From assembly GCA_041690355.1 (NCBI GenBank), contig JAWLHK010000001.1:361376-425375 (forward strand): a stretch of DNA of 64,000 bases, written 5' to 3'. The number at the start of each line of letters is the position of its first letter. Position 1 is the first letter of the stretch. Under the pieces are notes generated by a model, which worked only from the letters and a program-made list of their open reading frames with translations, was not told the DNA's origin and ran no database searches. Both the position numbers and the translations under genes were made by a program. This DNA comes from a bacterium (GTDB lineage Bacteria; J088; JAWLBW01). Below, one piece after another: positions 38,078 through 48,061 of this stretch.

Positions 38078-38839
38078 TCAGTTCTTCAGGCGGTATCCGG
38101 TCTTGAAGATCCAGACGATGACGACGAGACAGGCGGCCATGAAGACCACGGTCATGGCCGTGCTGACCACGACGTTCACGTCGGCGATGCCGTAGAAACT
38201 CCAGCGAAATGCGCTGATCAGGTAGACGACCGGGTTGAAGAGCGCGATCTGGCGCCACACGCCGGGGAGCATGTCGATGGAGTAGAAGCTCCCGCCCAGA
38301 AAGGTCAGCGGGGTCACGACCAGCGCCGGGATGACCTGCAGCTTTTCGAAGCCGTCGGCCCAGATGCCGATGATGAAACCGAAAAGGCTGAAGGTGACCG
38401 ACGTCAACAGGAGAAAGATCACCATCCAGACCGGATGGGCGATTTCGAAAGGGACGAAAACGCGCGCCGTCAAGAGAATGATGACCCCGAGGATGACCGA
38501 TTTCGTGGCGGCGGCGCCGACGTAGCCGATCAGGATCTCGACCGTCGAAACCGGCGCCGAGAGCATCTCGTAGATCGTTCCCAGCCACTTGGGCAGGTAG
38601 ATGCCGAACGATGCGTTCGAAATGCTTTCGGTCAGCAGGGCCAGCATGATGAGGCCCGGCACGATGAACGCCCCGTAGGTGACGCCGTCGACCTCGCCCA
38701 TGCGCCTGCCGATGGCCGCCCCGAAGACGACGAAATAGAGCGAGGTCGAGATGACCGGCGTGGCGATGCTCTGCATGAGCGTGCGCCAGGTGCGGGCGAG
38801 CTCGAAGAGGTAGATCGCGCGAATGGCGTAGACGTTCAT
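38078..38839 (-). CDS. ABC-2 family transporter permease
   Basis: Six TM helices, about 253 aa. ATGA overlap with the ATPase gene. Confidence 0.8.
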   Translation of the reverse strand: MNVYAIRAIYLFELARTWRTLMQSIATPVISTSLYFVVFGAAIGRRMGEVDGVTYGAFIVPGLIMLALLTESISNASFGIYLPKWLGTIYEMLSAPVSTVEILIGYVGAAATKSVILGVIILLTARVFVPFEIAHPVWMVIFLLLTSVTFSLFGFIIGIWADGFEKLQVIPALVVTPLTFLGGSFYSIDMLPGVWRQIALFNPVVYLISAFRWSFYGIADVNVVVSTAMTVVFMAACLVVIVWIFKTGYRLKN

Positions 38840-39762
38840 GAACGGGACCTCACCAGGTCGACGAAAATTTCTTCGAGCGAGCTCTCGCGCGTCTGCAGAT
38901 CCTTGAAGTCGATGCCGTGCCCGGTGAGCCGCTTGAGCAGATCGGCGATGCCGGTCTGCTCGCTCTGGGCATCGAACGTGAAGAGGAGCGCCGAGCCCTC
39001 GGCCTGCAGCTCGAGCGGGTAGTCGCCGAGCTCGGGGGGGATGGCAGAGAGCGGATTCTGGAGATGAATGGTGAGCCGCTTCTTACCGAGTTTCCGCATC
39101 AGCGTCGCCTTCTCCTCGACCAGAATCATCTGGCCCTTGTGAATGACCCCGATGCGATCGGCCATCTCTTCGGCCTCTTCGATGTAGTGCGTCGTGAGAA
39201 TGATCGTCACCCCGCTGTCGCGCAGGCGGCGCACCATCGCCCACATGTCGCGGCGCAGCTCGACGTCGACCCCGGCCGTCGGCTCGTCGAGAAAGAGAAT
39301 GCGCGGTTCATGCGACAGCGCCTTCGCAATCATGACGCGGCGCTTCATGCCTCCCGAGAGGGTCATGATGCGCGCGTCTTTCTTGTCCCAGAGCGACAGA
39401 TCCCTGAGAACGCGCTCGAGATACGCGGGATCGGGCGGGCGGCCGAACAGGCCGCGGCTGAACTTCACGGTGGCCCAGACGCTTTCGAACGAATCGGTCG
39501 CGAGCTCCTGGGGGACCAGGCCGATCTTCATGCGGGCCGGCCTGAAGTCGGTGATGATATCGTGTCCGTCGGCCAGAATCCGACCGCCGCTCGGATTGAC
39601 GATCCCGCAGATAATGCTGATCAGCGTCGTCTTGCCGGCCCCGTTCGGGCCTAGCAGGGCGAAGATTTCACCGCGCCGGATTTCGAGGTTGACGTCACGG
39701 AGCGCGGTGAAGCCCGAAGCATAGGTCTTCGAAACCTGTTGAACGGAGACGACCGAATCCAC
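38836..39762 (-). CDS. ABC transporter ATP-binding protein
   Basis: Walker [10 protein letters not shown]. Signature LSGGMKRR. Walker [13 protein letters not shown]. Confidence 0.9.
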   Translation of the reverse strand: MDSVVSVQQVSKTYASGFTALRDVNLEIRRGEIFALLGPNGAGKTTLISIICGIVNPSGGRILADGHDIITDFRPARMKIGLVPQELATDSFESVWATVKFSRGLFGRPPDPAYLERVLRDLSLWDKKDARIMTLSGGMKRRVMIAKALSHEPRILFLDEPTAGVDVELRRDMWAMVRRLRDSGVTIILTTHYIEEAEEMADRIGVIHKGQMILVEEKATLMRKLGKKRLTIHLQNPLSAIPPELGDYPLELQAEGSALLFTFDAQSEQTGIADLLKRLTGHGIDFKDLQTRESSLEEIFVDLVRSRS

Positions 39763-40331
39763 TAGGCGCCCTTCACCTGCGGCTGGCGCACTTCATAATC
39801 CTGCACGAACGGCGGCGCATGTTCCGGATCGCGCAGCGCCTCGGCAAGCCAGGGAACGCTGGCCACGTCACGTTCGCGAATCGAGACTCTGTCGACACGG
39901 TCGAGCGTGCCGAACACGAAATCCCAGATCGGCGTCGTCACGCCGTGGTTTCGATTCGGCCGCGAAAAATGGTGATACAGGTGATGTTTCGTCGCCCAGC
40001 GGCCGTACGCCGTGCGCGGCCCACGAACGTGAATCGACTGGTGCAGGTACTCGTAGGTCGTCCAGCCGATGGATATCGAGACGAGGAAGCCGCCCGCAAA
40101 CCAGCCGTCGACGAGAAACCCGGCGACTCCCCCGAGAATGGCGAGCACGGGCACGGCGCCCCGAATCTTCAGCGGCACAGGTGAAAAATAGAGAATGTCC
40201 TTGTGGTGCCTGAGGTGCTCTGAGGAAATCAACGTCCTTCCCTTGGGCAGGTGGCCCAGCGGGTAGTGGATGATGTACTCCATCAGGGTCCACCCCAGCA
40301 CGCCGCTCACGAACCCGAGAATCGCATTCAT
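39762..40331 (-). CDS. Fatty acid hydroxylase / sterol desaturase superfamily membrane protein
   Basis: His boxes HLRHH and HHLYHH. One-nucleotide overlap with the ABC ATPase gene. Confidence 0.75.
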   Translation of the reverse strand: MNAILGFVSGVLGWTLMEYIIHYPLGHLPKGRTLISSEHLRHHKDILYFSPVPLKIRGAVPVLAILGGVAGFLVDGWFAGGFLVSISIGWTTYEYLHQSIHVRGPRTAYGRWATKHHLYHHFSRPNRNHGVTTPIWDFVFGTLDRVDRVSIRERDVASVPWLAEALRDPEHAPPFVQDYEVRQPQVKGA

Positions 40332-40450
40332 ATCGGCCGTCTCCTTTGCGGAAGCACCGGGACGTCCGGCGCAGAAGATCAGCTTACCCGGAATGCGCGC
40401 CGGTTGAAAAGCGGATCGGCGCCACGGCGGCTTTCAAAGGGCGGGCCCGG

Positions 40451-42202
40451 CTACAGAAGCGCAAGGCCGGCAAGGAGCGCGAAAAAGAAAAGCAGCGAAC
40501 CCACCAGATACGCGCTCTGCGGCCGTGAACGATCGGGGCTGTAGGCTTCGCGCCGGGTGATGGGCCGACCGGCGGCCAGGGAAAGAAGCCAGGGGGCCGG
40601 GTGGCGGGCCCGCTCCGAGAGCGCGCGCGCCAGTGAAAGCACGAGGTGCTCGGTTCCCTGAAAAAGACGGCCGGGGCCTTCGAGAAAGACCGCGCGAAGC
40701 AAGCGGGCCGACCGCCGGTAAACCCAGTCGACATCGAGCACGACGCCGACACTCGGCACCGACAGGGCGCGCAGCGCAAAAAAGGCGACGAAGGTCATGC
40801 CGAGCAGCTGCACCGACTCCACCAGATGCGCGACCGTATACGGCTCGTAGGCGGCGTCGAAGGGAAGATAGCGGTAAAGCAGATCGGGATAGACGCCGAA
40901 AAGCAGGCACAGCGCAGCGAGCAGCCCCATCGCCGCCGTCATGTTCGCCGGCAGCCGGGCGACCTGCACCCCGCCGGTCAGATTTTCGCGGAACCAGGTG
41001 ATGAAGGGGACTTTGAGGCCGATGGAAAGAAAGGTGCCGACGGCGGCCAGCTGCAGCAGCCACATGACCGGATAGCGTTGATCATACAGTGCGCCGCTGA
41101 CGACCATCGACTTGCTGATGAAGCCGTTGAAGAACGGCACGCCGGAGATCGATACCGCGCCGACCAGGTAGAGCCAGAACACGGCGGGCATGCGGCGCAT
41201 GGCCCCCGCCAGGTCGGTGAGCCGCGTCGTGCCCGTAGCCTGCAGCACGGCGCCCCCCGCCATGAAGAGCAGCGCCTTGTAGAGAATGTGGCTGAAGGCG
41301 TGCGCCACCGCCCCGTTCAGCGCGAGCTGCGTGCCGATGCCGATACCGGTCACCATGTAGCCGACCTGGCTGATGATGTGGTAGCTGAAGATGCCGCGCA
41401 GGTCATTCTGCAGAAAAGCGTAGACGACGCCGAAGAGGGTCATGGCCACGCCCAGGACGACGAGAATCTCCCAGCCGGGAAACACCCGGGCCAGCGCATA
41501 GACGGCGGTCTTGGTCGTGAAGGCGCTCAGAAACGCCGCACCGGTCACCGTGGCCTTCGGGTAGCTGTCGGGGAGCCACGCGTGCAGCGGCAGCATGGCC
41601 GCGTTCAGGCCGACCCCGGCGAGCAGAATCCAGTTGCCGATGCCTCCGTCGTCGGCGAGCGGCGCCACGGCGAGGCTTCCGGTCGCGCCGACGTGAAGGG
41701 CGATGCCGCCGAGCAGGAGCGCGCCGCCGACGATGTGGAACACGATGTAGCGCAGGCCCGCGCTATCGGAGGCCTTCGTTCCGCGGGCCCAGATGAGCAC
41801 GGTCGACGCGACGGCCATCAGTTCCCAGAAGAAATAGAAGGTAATCCAGTCGCCCGCGAAGGTCACTCCGAGCGAACCGCCCGCATAGGCGAGCGCCGCC
41901 GACTGCTGCCGGCGGTCGTCGATGTGCAGCGCGTAGATCCCCCCGGCGAAAGCGATGAAGGCGAAGATGACGCCGAAGATGCGGCTCAGGGCGTCGGCGC
42001 GCACCGGTTCGAGGGTATAGTGCAGCCACGCAAACGAAGCGTGCACGCCGTCGGGCAGGGTCCACAGCAGCGCCAGCGCGCCGAGGGGGAACAGGAGAAA
42101 CGCCTTTGCACGCACGGCCTTCGGGAGCAGCGGCACGATGACGGCGCCGAGCAGCATGAGCACGCCCGGCGGCAGGCTGTGCAGAGTCCACTCAACGTTC
42201 AT
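40451..42202 (-). CDS. Antiporter-like membrane subunit (complex I NuoL/M/N / MrpA-D family) lacking the MrpB-like C-terminal domain
   Basis: About 14 TM helices. Conserved proton-pumping-subunit motifs (WLPDS, TGAAFLSAFTTK). Confidence 0.75.
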   Translation of the reverse strand: MNVEWTLHSLPPGVLMLLGAVIVPLLPKAVRAKAFLLFPLGALALLWTLPDGVHASFAWLHYTLEPVRADALSRIFGVIFAFIAFAGGIYALHIDDRRQQSAALAYAGGSLGVTFAGDWITFYFFWELMAVASTVLIWARGTKASDSAGLRYIVFHIVGGALLLGGIALHVGATGSLAVAPLADDGGIGNWILLAGVGLNAAMLPLHAWLPDSYPKATVTGAAFLSAFTTKTAVYALARVFPGWEILVVLGVAMTLFGVVYAFLQNDLRGIFSYHIISQVGYMVTGIGIGTQLALNGAVAHAFSHILYKALLFMAGGAVLQATGTTRLTDLAGAMRRMPAVFWLYLVGAVSISGVPFFNGFISKSMVVSGALYDQRYPVMWLLQLAAVGTFLSIGLKVPFITWFRENLTGGVQVARLPANMTAAMGLLAALCLLFGVYPDLLYRYLPFDAAYEPYTVAHLVESVQLLGMTFVAFFALRALSVPSVGVVLDVDWVYRRSARLLRAVFLEGPGRLFQGTEHLVLSLARALSERARHPAPWLLSLAAGRPITRREAYSPDRSRPQSAYLVGSLLFFFALLAGLALL

Positions 42203-42416
42203 CCCAGTACTCCTCGGGACGCTGCAGCAGGGCGGCGACCACTTTCTTGCCGATGACGATGACCAGCGCGCAGCCGGCGAAGCCGAACAGGCCGACGGCC
42301 AGCGGAATCGTCTCCCACCAGTAGGGTTCGTGTCCCCCCTCGGCGGGATGATAGTACTGCCCCGCGACCGAGAGGGCCATCAGGATGCCGAATGCGATCC
42401 AGCCGGTGCGGCTCAC
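42192..42416 (-). CDS. Small 2-TM membrane protein inside the Mrp-like cluster
   Basis: GTG start with a GGAGGG RBS; GTGA overlap with the upstream gene stop. Corresponds to the C-terminal part of spurious ORF 42192..43814. Confidence 0.4.
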   Translation of the reverse strand: MSRTGWIAFGILMALSVAGQYYHPAEGGHEPYWWETIPLAVGLFGFAGCALVIVIGKKVVAALLQRPEEYWDER

Positions 42417-43906
42417 AGAATTCCCTCCACCACCATGCGCGCGAAGGCGTAGAAACGCGGACCGAGGTCGGGCGCGATACCGAAGATCACGGCCAGCAGC
42501 GCCGTGCCCACCAGGGGCGCGACCATGAGCACCGAGGCTTCGCCATGTTCGGCATAGCGCCCCTCGACATCGGCGCGGAAAAAGGCCCGGTGGATAATCG
42601 GAAAGAAATAGGCCACGTTGAGCACGCCGCTCAAGAGAAGCACGACGAGCGGAATCCACAGACCCGCCTCGAGGCTCCCCGCGCCGAGCAGCCACTTGCT
42701 GGCGAACCCATAGATGGGCGGAATGCCCGCCAGCCCCATGGCGCCGATGGAAAAGGCGCCCATCGTCCACGGCATGGCTTTGCCGATGCCGTCGAGTTCG
42801 CTGATATTCTCGCGGTGCACGTTCACGTAAATCGCGCCGGCGCAGAAGAAGAGCGTGATCTTCATGACGGCGTGGCTCGCGATGTGCATGAGCCCGCCGA
42901 CCATGCCGGTCGTCGACAGCAGCGCCGCGCCGAGCACGATGTACGATAGGTGGCCGACGGTCGAATAGGCGAGCCGGCGCTTGAGGTTGTCCTGGCGCAT
43001 GGCGAGCAGCGACGAGACAAGAATCGTCGTGCCGGCCAGTACGAGCAGCAGCGTGTTGAGCCCGAAGCGCGTCATCACCTCGGGGCCGAAAACGAAGCCC
43101 ACGACGCGGTAAACGCCGAAAACCCCCGACTTGACGACGGCCACGGCGTGCAGCAGCGCGCTCACGGGCGTGGGCGCGACCATGGCCGACGGGAGCCAGC
43201 TGTGCAGCGGCATGATGCCCGCCTTGACCCCCACGCCACCGAGAAAGAGCAGAAAGAGTGCCAGCGCGGTGCCGCCATCGAGCGCGGCGGCGCCGAGAAT
43301 GCCCCCCGGCACGAAGTCGAGCGTGCCGACGAGGTTCCACGTCCACACCGTCGCGACGATGAGCAGGTTGCCGGCGGTCAGCGTATAGACGAGATACTTG
43401 CGCCCGCCCCGCTTGGCCTCTTCGGTCTCCTTGTGGATGACGAGTGGATAGGTCGCGATCGTCAGGACTTCGAAGAACACGAGAAAGGTGAGCAGGTTCG
43501 CCGAGAAGGCGATCCCGAGGGTCGCCGACAACGACAGCGCGAAGCTCGCGAAGAAGCGCGTCTGCCGCTTCTCGTGGTTCCCGCGCATGTAGCCGATGGC
43601 GTAGAAGGTCGTGAAAATCCACAGGCCCGAAGCGATGACGGCGAAGAAGATGCCCAGCGGGTCGGCACGCAGCGCGAAGACGACGCCGGGGGCGAGTTCG
43701 AAGAGGCTCGTTTCGGCGATCTTCCCGGCAAGGGCGTCGGGTATCAGGCTCAGGACGAGAGCGAACTTCGCGAAGGCCGCGAGCAGCGACCAGCCTTCGC
43801 GCAGGTTGCGCCACCGGTCGCTCAGCACGATGAGCGGCACGGCCGCGAGCGAGACCAGGATGGCCCAGAGGGGCACGAGCGAAGCGTACGTCACCGGGGC
43901 GTCCAT
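42413..43906 (-). CDS. Na+/H+ antiporter subunit D-like (MrpD / NuoN family)
   Basis: Polytopic protein of 497 aa. Conserved antiporter-subunit helices. Confidence 0.8.
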   Translation of the reverse strand: MDAPVTYASLVPLWAILVSLAAVPLIVLSDRWRNLREGWSLLAAFAKFALVLSLIPDALAGKIAETSLFELAPGVVFALRADPLGIFFAVIASGLWIFTTFYAIGYMRGNHEKRQTRFFASFALSLSATLGIAFSANLLTFLVFFEVLTIATYPLVIHKETEEAKRGGRKYLVYTLTAGNLLIVATVWTWNLVGTLDFVPGGILGAAALDGGTALALFLLFLGGVGVKAGIMPLHSWLPSAMVAPTPVSALLHAVAVVKSGVFGVYRVVGFVFGPEVMTRFGLNTLLLVLAGTTILVSSLLAMRQDNLKRRLAYSTVGHLSYIVLGAALLSTTGMVGGLMHIASHAVMKITLFFCAGAIYVNVHRENISELDGIGKAMPWTMGAFSIGAMGLAGIPPIYGFASKWLLGAGSLEAGLWIPLVVLLLSGVLNVAYFFPIIHRAFFRADVEGRYAEHGEASVLMVAPLVGTALLAVIFGIAPDLGPRFYAFARMVVEGIL

Positions 43907-43907
43907 C

Positions 43908-45404
43908 TCAGCCGAGCCCCCCGGGCAGCATGGGGCGGATAAACGTTTCGACGATCCACGCGTTGGCCAGGCCGAGCGCGAGCAGGCCGAAGGCGAGCAG
44001 GAGCGTCGGCACGATCATGGCGGCGCCGACCGGCGCGGTGAGCTCGGGCTGCAGTTCGACCTTGCGTTTGGCCTTGCCCGCCGCCAGGTAGACGCGCTCG
44101 AGAACGCGCCAGAAATAGACGGCATTCAGCAGGCTGCTCACGACGATGACTGCCAGCAGAATCCCCTGCCCTTTTTCGAGAATTCCGAGGGCCAGGTACC
44201 ACTTGCTGAAGAATCCCGCCGTGGGGGGAATGCCGACCATCGACAGCGCGGCGACGGTGAAGGCCGCCATCGTCCACGGCATGCGGTGGCGGATGTCGTC
44301 GTCGAGCGCGTCGATCTGCGAGTGTCCGAGCCGGGTGCGCAGATTGGCGGCCACGAGAAAGAGGGCCCCCTTCATGACCGCGTGATTGAGAATGTGCAGC
44401 ACGGCGCCGACGAAGCCGAGCGGATTCGCGAGCCCGATGCCGAGACCGATGTAACCGACCTGCGCGACGGAACTATAGGCGAGCATGCGTTTCAGCTCGC
44501 CCTGTGCGATGGCCATGACCGAGCCGACGATGATCGCCACGGCCGAAAGCCAGAGCACGACCCCGGTGACCGGCACAGCCTGCGTCACGTACGAGAGAGG
44601 GAATACGTAGAAGAGGAAACGCAGAAGTCCGTAGGCCGCCACCTTCGTGCCGACCGAGGCAAGCAGCGCCGACGTCGTCGAGGGGGCGAATGTATAGGCG
44701 TCGGGCAGCCAGCCGTGCATGGGAAACAGGGCCATCTTGAGCGCCAGACCGGCGGCGATGAGGGCGAGCCCGACCACGATGATCGGCGTCGCCCCGACGA
44801 CCGGGATGGCGGCAGCCAGATCGCCCATGTTCAGCGTCCCGGTCGCCATGTAGAGAAAGCCGACGCCGAGCAGATAGAACGATGCGCCGAGCGTGCCGAG
44901 AAGCAGATAGCGGAACGCGGCCACGGGGCCCGGCCGGTCGCCGACACCGATGAGCGCGTAGCCGGCAAGCGAGGAGATTTCGAGAAAGACGTAGAAGTTG
45001 AAGGCGTCGCCCGTCACGACGATGCCGCTCAGCCCGAAAAGAAGCAGCAGCGCCATCGCGTAGAAGGGACTCTCCCTGCCCGGGAGTTCGCGCCGCACCG
45101 GAGAACCGCCGTGCACGAGCACGAAGAAACCCGCCGCGCAGATGATGACGGATAGAAAGGCGGCGAGCGGATCGAGCACGTACTCGATGCCGATTGAAGG
45201 GGCCCACCCGCCGAGACGATAGCGCACCGTGCCCTCGGTGGCCACGTGCACGAGCGCGATCACCGACACCGCACTCGCGGCGGCCGACGCCGCGAGCGCT
45301 GCGGCACGGCTCCACGCGGCGCGCCGCCGGCCGACCAGCGGCGCGAGCAGCGCTCCGAAAAGAAAGAGGAGCGGAATGAGGACGGGCGCGTGCCGGACCA
45401 TCAT
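43908..45404 (-). CDS. Na+/H+ antiporter subunit D-like (MrpD / NuoM family), second copy
   Basis: Polytopic protein of 498 aa. Same family as the two neighbouring genes. Confidence 0.8.
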   Translation of the reverse strand: MMVRHAPVLIPLLFLFGALLAPLVGRRRAAWSRAAALAASAAASAVSVIALVHVATEGTVRYRLGGWAPSIGIEYVLDPLAAFLSVIICAAGFFVLVHGGSPVRRELPGRESPFYAMALLLLFGLSGIVVTGDAFNFYVFLEISSLAGYALIGVGDRPGPVAAFRYLLLGTLGASFYLLGVGFLYMATGTLNMGDLAAAIPVVGATPIIVVGLALIAAGLALKMALFPMHGWLPDAYTFAPSTTSALLASVGTKVAAYGLLRFLFYVFPLSYVTQAVPVTGVVLWLSAVAIIVGSVMAIAQGELKRMLAYSSVAQVGYIGLGIGLANPLGFVGAVLHILNHAVMKGALFLVAANLRTRLGHSQIDALDDDIRHRMPWTMAAFTVAALSMVGIPPTAGFFSKWYLALGILEKGQGILLAVIVVSSLLNAVYFWRVLERVYLAAGKAKRKVELQPELTAPVGAAMIVPTLLLAFGLLALGLANAWIVETFIRPMLPGGLG

Positions 45405-45769
45405 GGCATGCGCTCCAGAATCTGGTCTTCCTCGATGGACCCGTAGCGCCTGAAGATCGTGATGAGCAGCGCGAAGGCGACCCCCATCGTGGCCACGCCC
45501 ACGACGATGGCCGTCAGCATGAGCGTATGGGGGAGCGGGTTGATGTACTGATCGGGAGCCGCTCCGTAGGCCGAATCGAGAATGGGGATCGTGGCCGTCT
45601 GCGACTTGTTCGCGCTGGCCACGAAGAAGAGGATGATCGTCGACTGAAAGATGCTGAGGCCGATCAGCTTCTTGACGAGATTCGCCTTGAACAGCATGCC
45701 GTACATGCCGACGAGCATGAGCAGGACGATGAAGAAATAGGCGTAATGCCCGCGCACGAACTCAAGCAT
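45401..45769 (-). CDS. Mrp antiporter subunit C (NuoK homologue)
   Basis: Three TM helices, 122 aa. ATGA overlap. Confidence 0.8.
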   Translation of the reverse strand: MLEFVRGHYAYFFIVLLMLVGMYGMLFKANLVKKLIGLSIFQSTIILFFVASANKSQTATIPILDSAYGAAPDQYINPLPHTLMLTAIVVGVATMGVAFALLITIFRRYGSIEEDQILERMP

Positions 45770-46202
45770 GATCGTCGGGCTCCGTCAGGTCGTCGTAAAG
45801 GGAGACCAGCGTGGCCGCCACGGCGATGGCGACGCCGATTTCGACGGCCAGAATGCCCATGGACCGCAGCGCCGGCCCCTCGAGCAGCGGCACCGGAATG
45901 CGCGCGTAATCCAGATAGAAGCCTCCGCCGGCGAGCGCGGCCAGGCCGACGAGCGCGTAGATCAGCGTGCCCGCCGAGCTGAGCGGCGTGCCCCAGCGGC
46001 GCGGAAACTGCAGGGCGCCCAGCTCGGAGCCGAGACCGAGGCGCACGAGGATGACCGAGGCGGCGAACATGGCGCCACCCTGAAAGCCGCCCCCCGGGCT
46101 GTAGTGGCCGTGCGCGACCACGTACAGGGCGTATACCTGGATGACCGGCGCGAGCCAGCGCGCCCCCATGGAGAGAATCGGACTGCCGGGCGCGCGCCTC
46201 AC
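45762..46202 (-). CDS. Mrp antiporter subunit B (MnhB domain)
   Basis: HGHYSPGGGFQGG motif. By my indexing of the raw text the start is a GTG about 2 nt from the ORF-track coordinate. Confidence 0.75.
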   Translation of the reverse strand: MRRAPGSPILSMGARWLAPVIQVYALYVVAHGHYSPGGGFQGGAMFAASVILVRLGLGSELGALQFPRRWGTPLSSAGTLIYALVGLAALAGGGFYLDYARIPVPLLEGPALRSMGILAVEIGVAIAVAATLVSLYDDLTEPDDHA

Positions 46203-46495
46203 GACTGCCTCCGGCGCAGAATAAGGTAGCAGGCCATGCCCGCCGTGAAGACGACCGACGTCTCGCCCAGCGTGTCGTAGCCGCGGTAATCGGCCAGGAT
46301 GACGGTCACGATGTTGGGCGTCTCGGCGTCGGCATACGCCTGTTCGACGTAGTACGATCCGGCCACCGGCGACCCGGCGGGGGTCTGCGCGCGCTGGGCG
46401 GGGGCGTTCACGTCAAAGCGGGGCGGCAGCGCCGCGACCGCGTACAGCATGAGCGCGCCGAAGCCGAGCAGGAGAATGGCAGAGAGAGCTTTCAA
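46199..46495 (-). CDS. Small membrane subunit (MrpB N-terminal-like / Mbh-type small subunit)
   Basis: TTG start. One TM helix plus a periplasmic segment. Lies inside the cluster with 4-nt overlaps. Confidence 0.5.
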   Translation of the reverse strand: MKALSAILLLGFGALMLYAVAALPPRFDVNAPAQRAQTPAGSPVAGSYYVEQAYADAETPNIVTVILADYRGYDTLGETSVVFTAGMACYLILRRRQS

Positions 46496-46734
46496 TCGTT
46501 GGTTTTCCGTGTCGTCTGAAAGATGTCTACGATGAAGAGCACCGACGTCACGCCGGCGCCGACGACCGCCTCGGTGAATCCGACGTCGACGGCCCCCATG
46601 GTCACGAAGAGCACGGCGCTGAAGAAGCTGAACACCCCGGTAGCCACCGAGGCCGCCAGCAGATCGGTTTCGCGCAGGCTGATGACGGCGGCGGCGAGCA
46701 GGAAGATGAACAATGCGACTTCGATCTCGATCAT
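46492..46734 (-). CDS. DUF4040 / MbhD-like small membrane subunit
   Basis: 80 aa, two TM helices, within the split-Mrp cluster. Confidence 0.55.
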   Translation of the reverse strand: MIEIEVALFIFLLAAAVISLRETDLLAASVATGVFSFFSAVLFVTMGAVDVGFTEAVVGAGVTSVLFIVDIFQTTRKTND

Positions 46735-47084
46735 GCGCCCTTCTCCTTTTCAGCCCCGCCTGAACGGCCGCTGTCGACGAACCACGGACGCAGGCCGTAG
46801 TCCCAGGCGCTCTTGGCCAGTGCGTGGGTGCCGATGGGGTTGGCCATGCCGATGAAGAGCATGGTCAGCAGAATCTTGACCGTATTCAGGCTGAAACCCT
46901 GGTAGATGGCCATGCCGAGCAGCACGAGCATGATGCCGAGCATATCGCTCTTGGCAATGGCGTGCGCGCGGGAGTAGAAATCGGGAAAGCGGATCAGCCC
47001 GATGCTGGCGACGAGCAGAAAGAAGATGCCGGAGAGCACGGCGGCGACGGCCAGACCGTTCTGAATCCACTCGAGCGCGCTCAT
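46731..47084 (-). CDS. Mrp antiporter subunit G
   Basis: RAHAIAKSDMLG motif (RxHAxxK...TLG) typical of MnhG/PhaG. Confidence 0.75.
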   Translation of the reverse strand: MSALEWIQNGLAVAAVLSGIFFLLVASIGLIRFPDFYSRAHAIAKSDMLGIMLVLLGMAIYQGFSLNTVKILLTMLFIGMANPIGTHALAKSAWDYGLRPWFVDSGRSGGAEKEKGA

Positions 47085-47347
47085 GAGGGCTCACCTGGTT
47101 CGAAGTACTTGGCGATGGCGACCACGCCGATGAAGCCGAGAATGGCGTAGGCGAGCGTGATATCGGCGAACATGTCGAAACGTCCGTAGGCGTGGCCGAT
47201 GAGGGCCACGATCACGAGCGTCTTCGTGCTCAACGCCGAAGCCGCGAGCAGCCGGTCGAAAACGGTGGGGCCGCGCCGTACCCGGTAGAACGGAAGCAGC
47301 ATGACGAGCACGATGGCCGCGGCGGCGAAGGAGAAGAACGATTCCAT
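47081..47347 (-). CDS. Mrp antiporter subunit F
   Basis: 88 aa, three TM helices, between the G and E subunits. Confidence 0.65.
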   Translation of the reverse strand: MESFFSFAAAAIVLVMLLPFYRVRRGPTVFDRLLAASALSTKTLVIVALIGHAYGRFDMFADITLAYAILGFIGVVAIAKYFEPGEPS

Positions 47348-47928
47348 CAGAGGTCCTTCACCGAGCGGATGATGCGGACGTCCTCGATCAGGGCGCCTTC
47401 ACGCGTACCCTCGAACAGCTCGCCGATCTTGGCCGACATGGAGCCGTCGATGAGGCTGGCGTAGGCTTCGGGGTTCAACCCGTGAACGAGAAATTCGTCT
47501 TCGCGGATGGCGATGGTCAGCGTGCCCGGCATGATCGTGATCGATTGCGCGAGCACGAGATCGGCCCCTACGCTGGGCAGGCGGCTGTTAAAGCGCAGCA
47601 GCACCGGCTCAATCGGCACGCGGGAGGGAAACATCACGGCGCGGGCGACGGCGAGGCTCGCCTTGACGATCTCCCACGAAAGCCAGGGAAAGTAGAGGAT
47701 GGCCTTGACGAGACGCACCCGCGTCCATTCGGGCTTGGTGCGCGTGCCGTAATCGAGCTGATAGAGGCCGTGGTTCAGCACGAGTACGAGCGCCACCGAC
47801 ACGATGCCGAGCGTGATGTGAAAGGTATCGTAGTGTCCGCTCAACAGGAGCCAGAGCGCCATGAGAAACAGGGCGCGGACGACGATCCGGCTTGCGCCGA
47901 CCTTTTCGAGTGTTGCTTCTCTGGCCAT
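47347..47928 (-). CDS. Mrp antiporter subunit E
   Basis: Two N-terminal TM helices plus a soluble domain. Start reassigned to MAREATLEK. Confidence 0.65.
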   Translation of the reverse strand: MAREATLEKVGASRIVVRALFLMALWLLLSGHYDTFHITLGIVSVALVLVLNHGLYQLDYGTRTKPEWTRVRLVKAILYFPWLSWEIVKASLAVARAVMFPSRVPIEPVLLRFNSRLPSVGADLVLAQSITIMPGTLTIAIREDEFLVHGLNPEAYASLIDGSMSAKIGELFEGTREGALIEDVRIIRSVKDL

Positions 47929-48061
47929 GGGCGAACGCGGCGGGCACTCCGTGTATGAAGGACCACGGGTAAGAACCGTACGGAAGATACAGTCTACCAG
48001 CCGCGCGCCGCCAGGTTCCAAAAAATCGGCGCAGGCGTGCGATTCGTTTTCCGCCTCGGCG

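Noticed and set aside
45762-46495. Apparent 2-nt frame inconsistencies between the ORF track and my hand-indexing of the raw text near 46140 and 46440 (and 1-nt near 8205-8245)
   Set aside because: The ORF-track proteins read as intact MrpB-like and dipeptidase sequences, so these are treated as my indexing errors, not frameshifts or pseudogenes. Coordinates of hand-located small features may carry +/-2 nt error.
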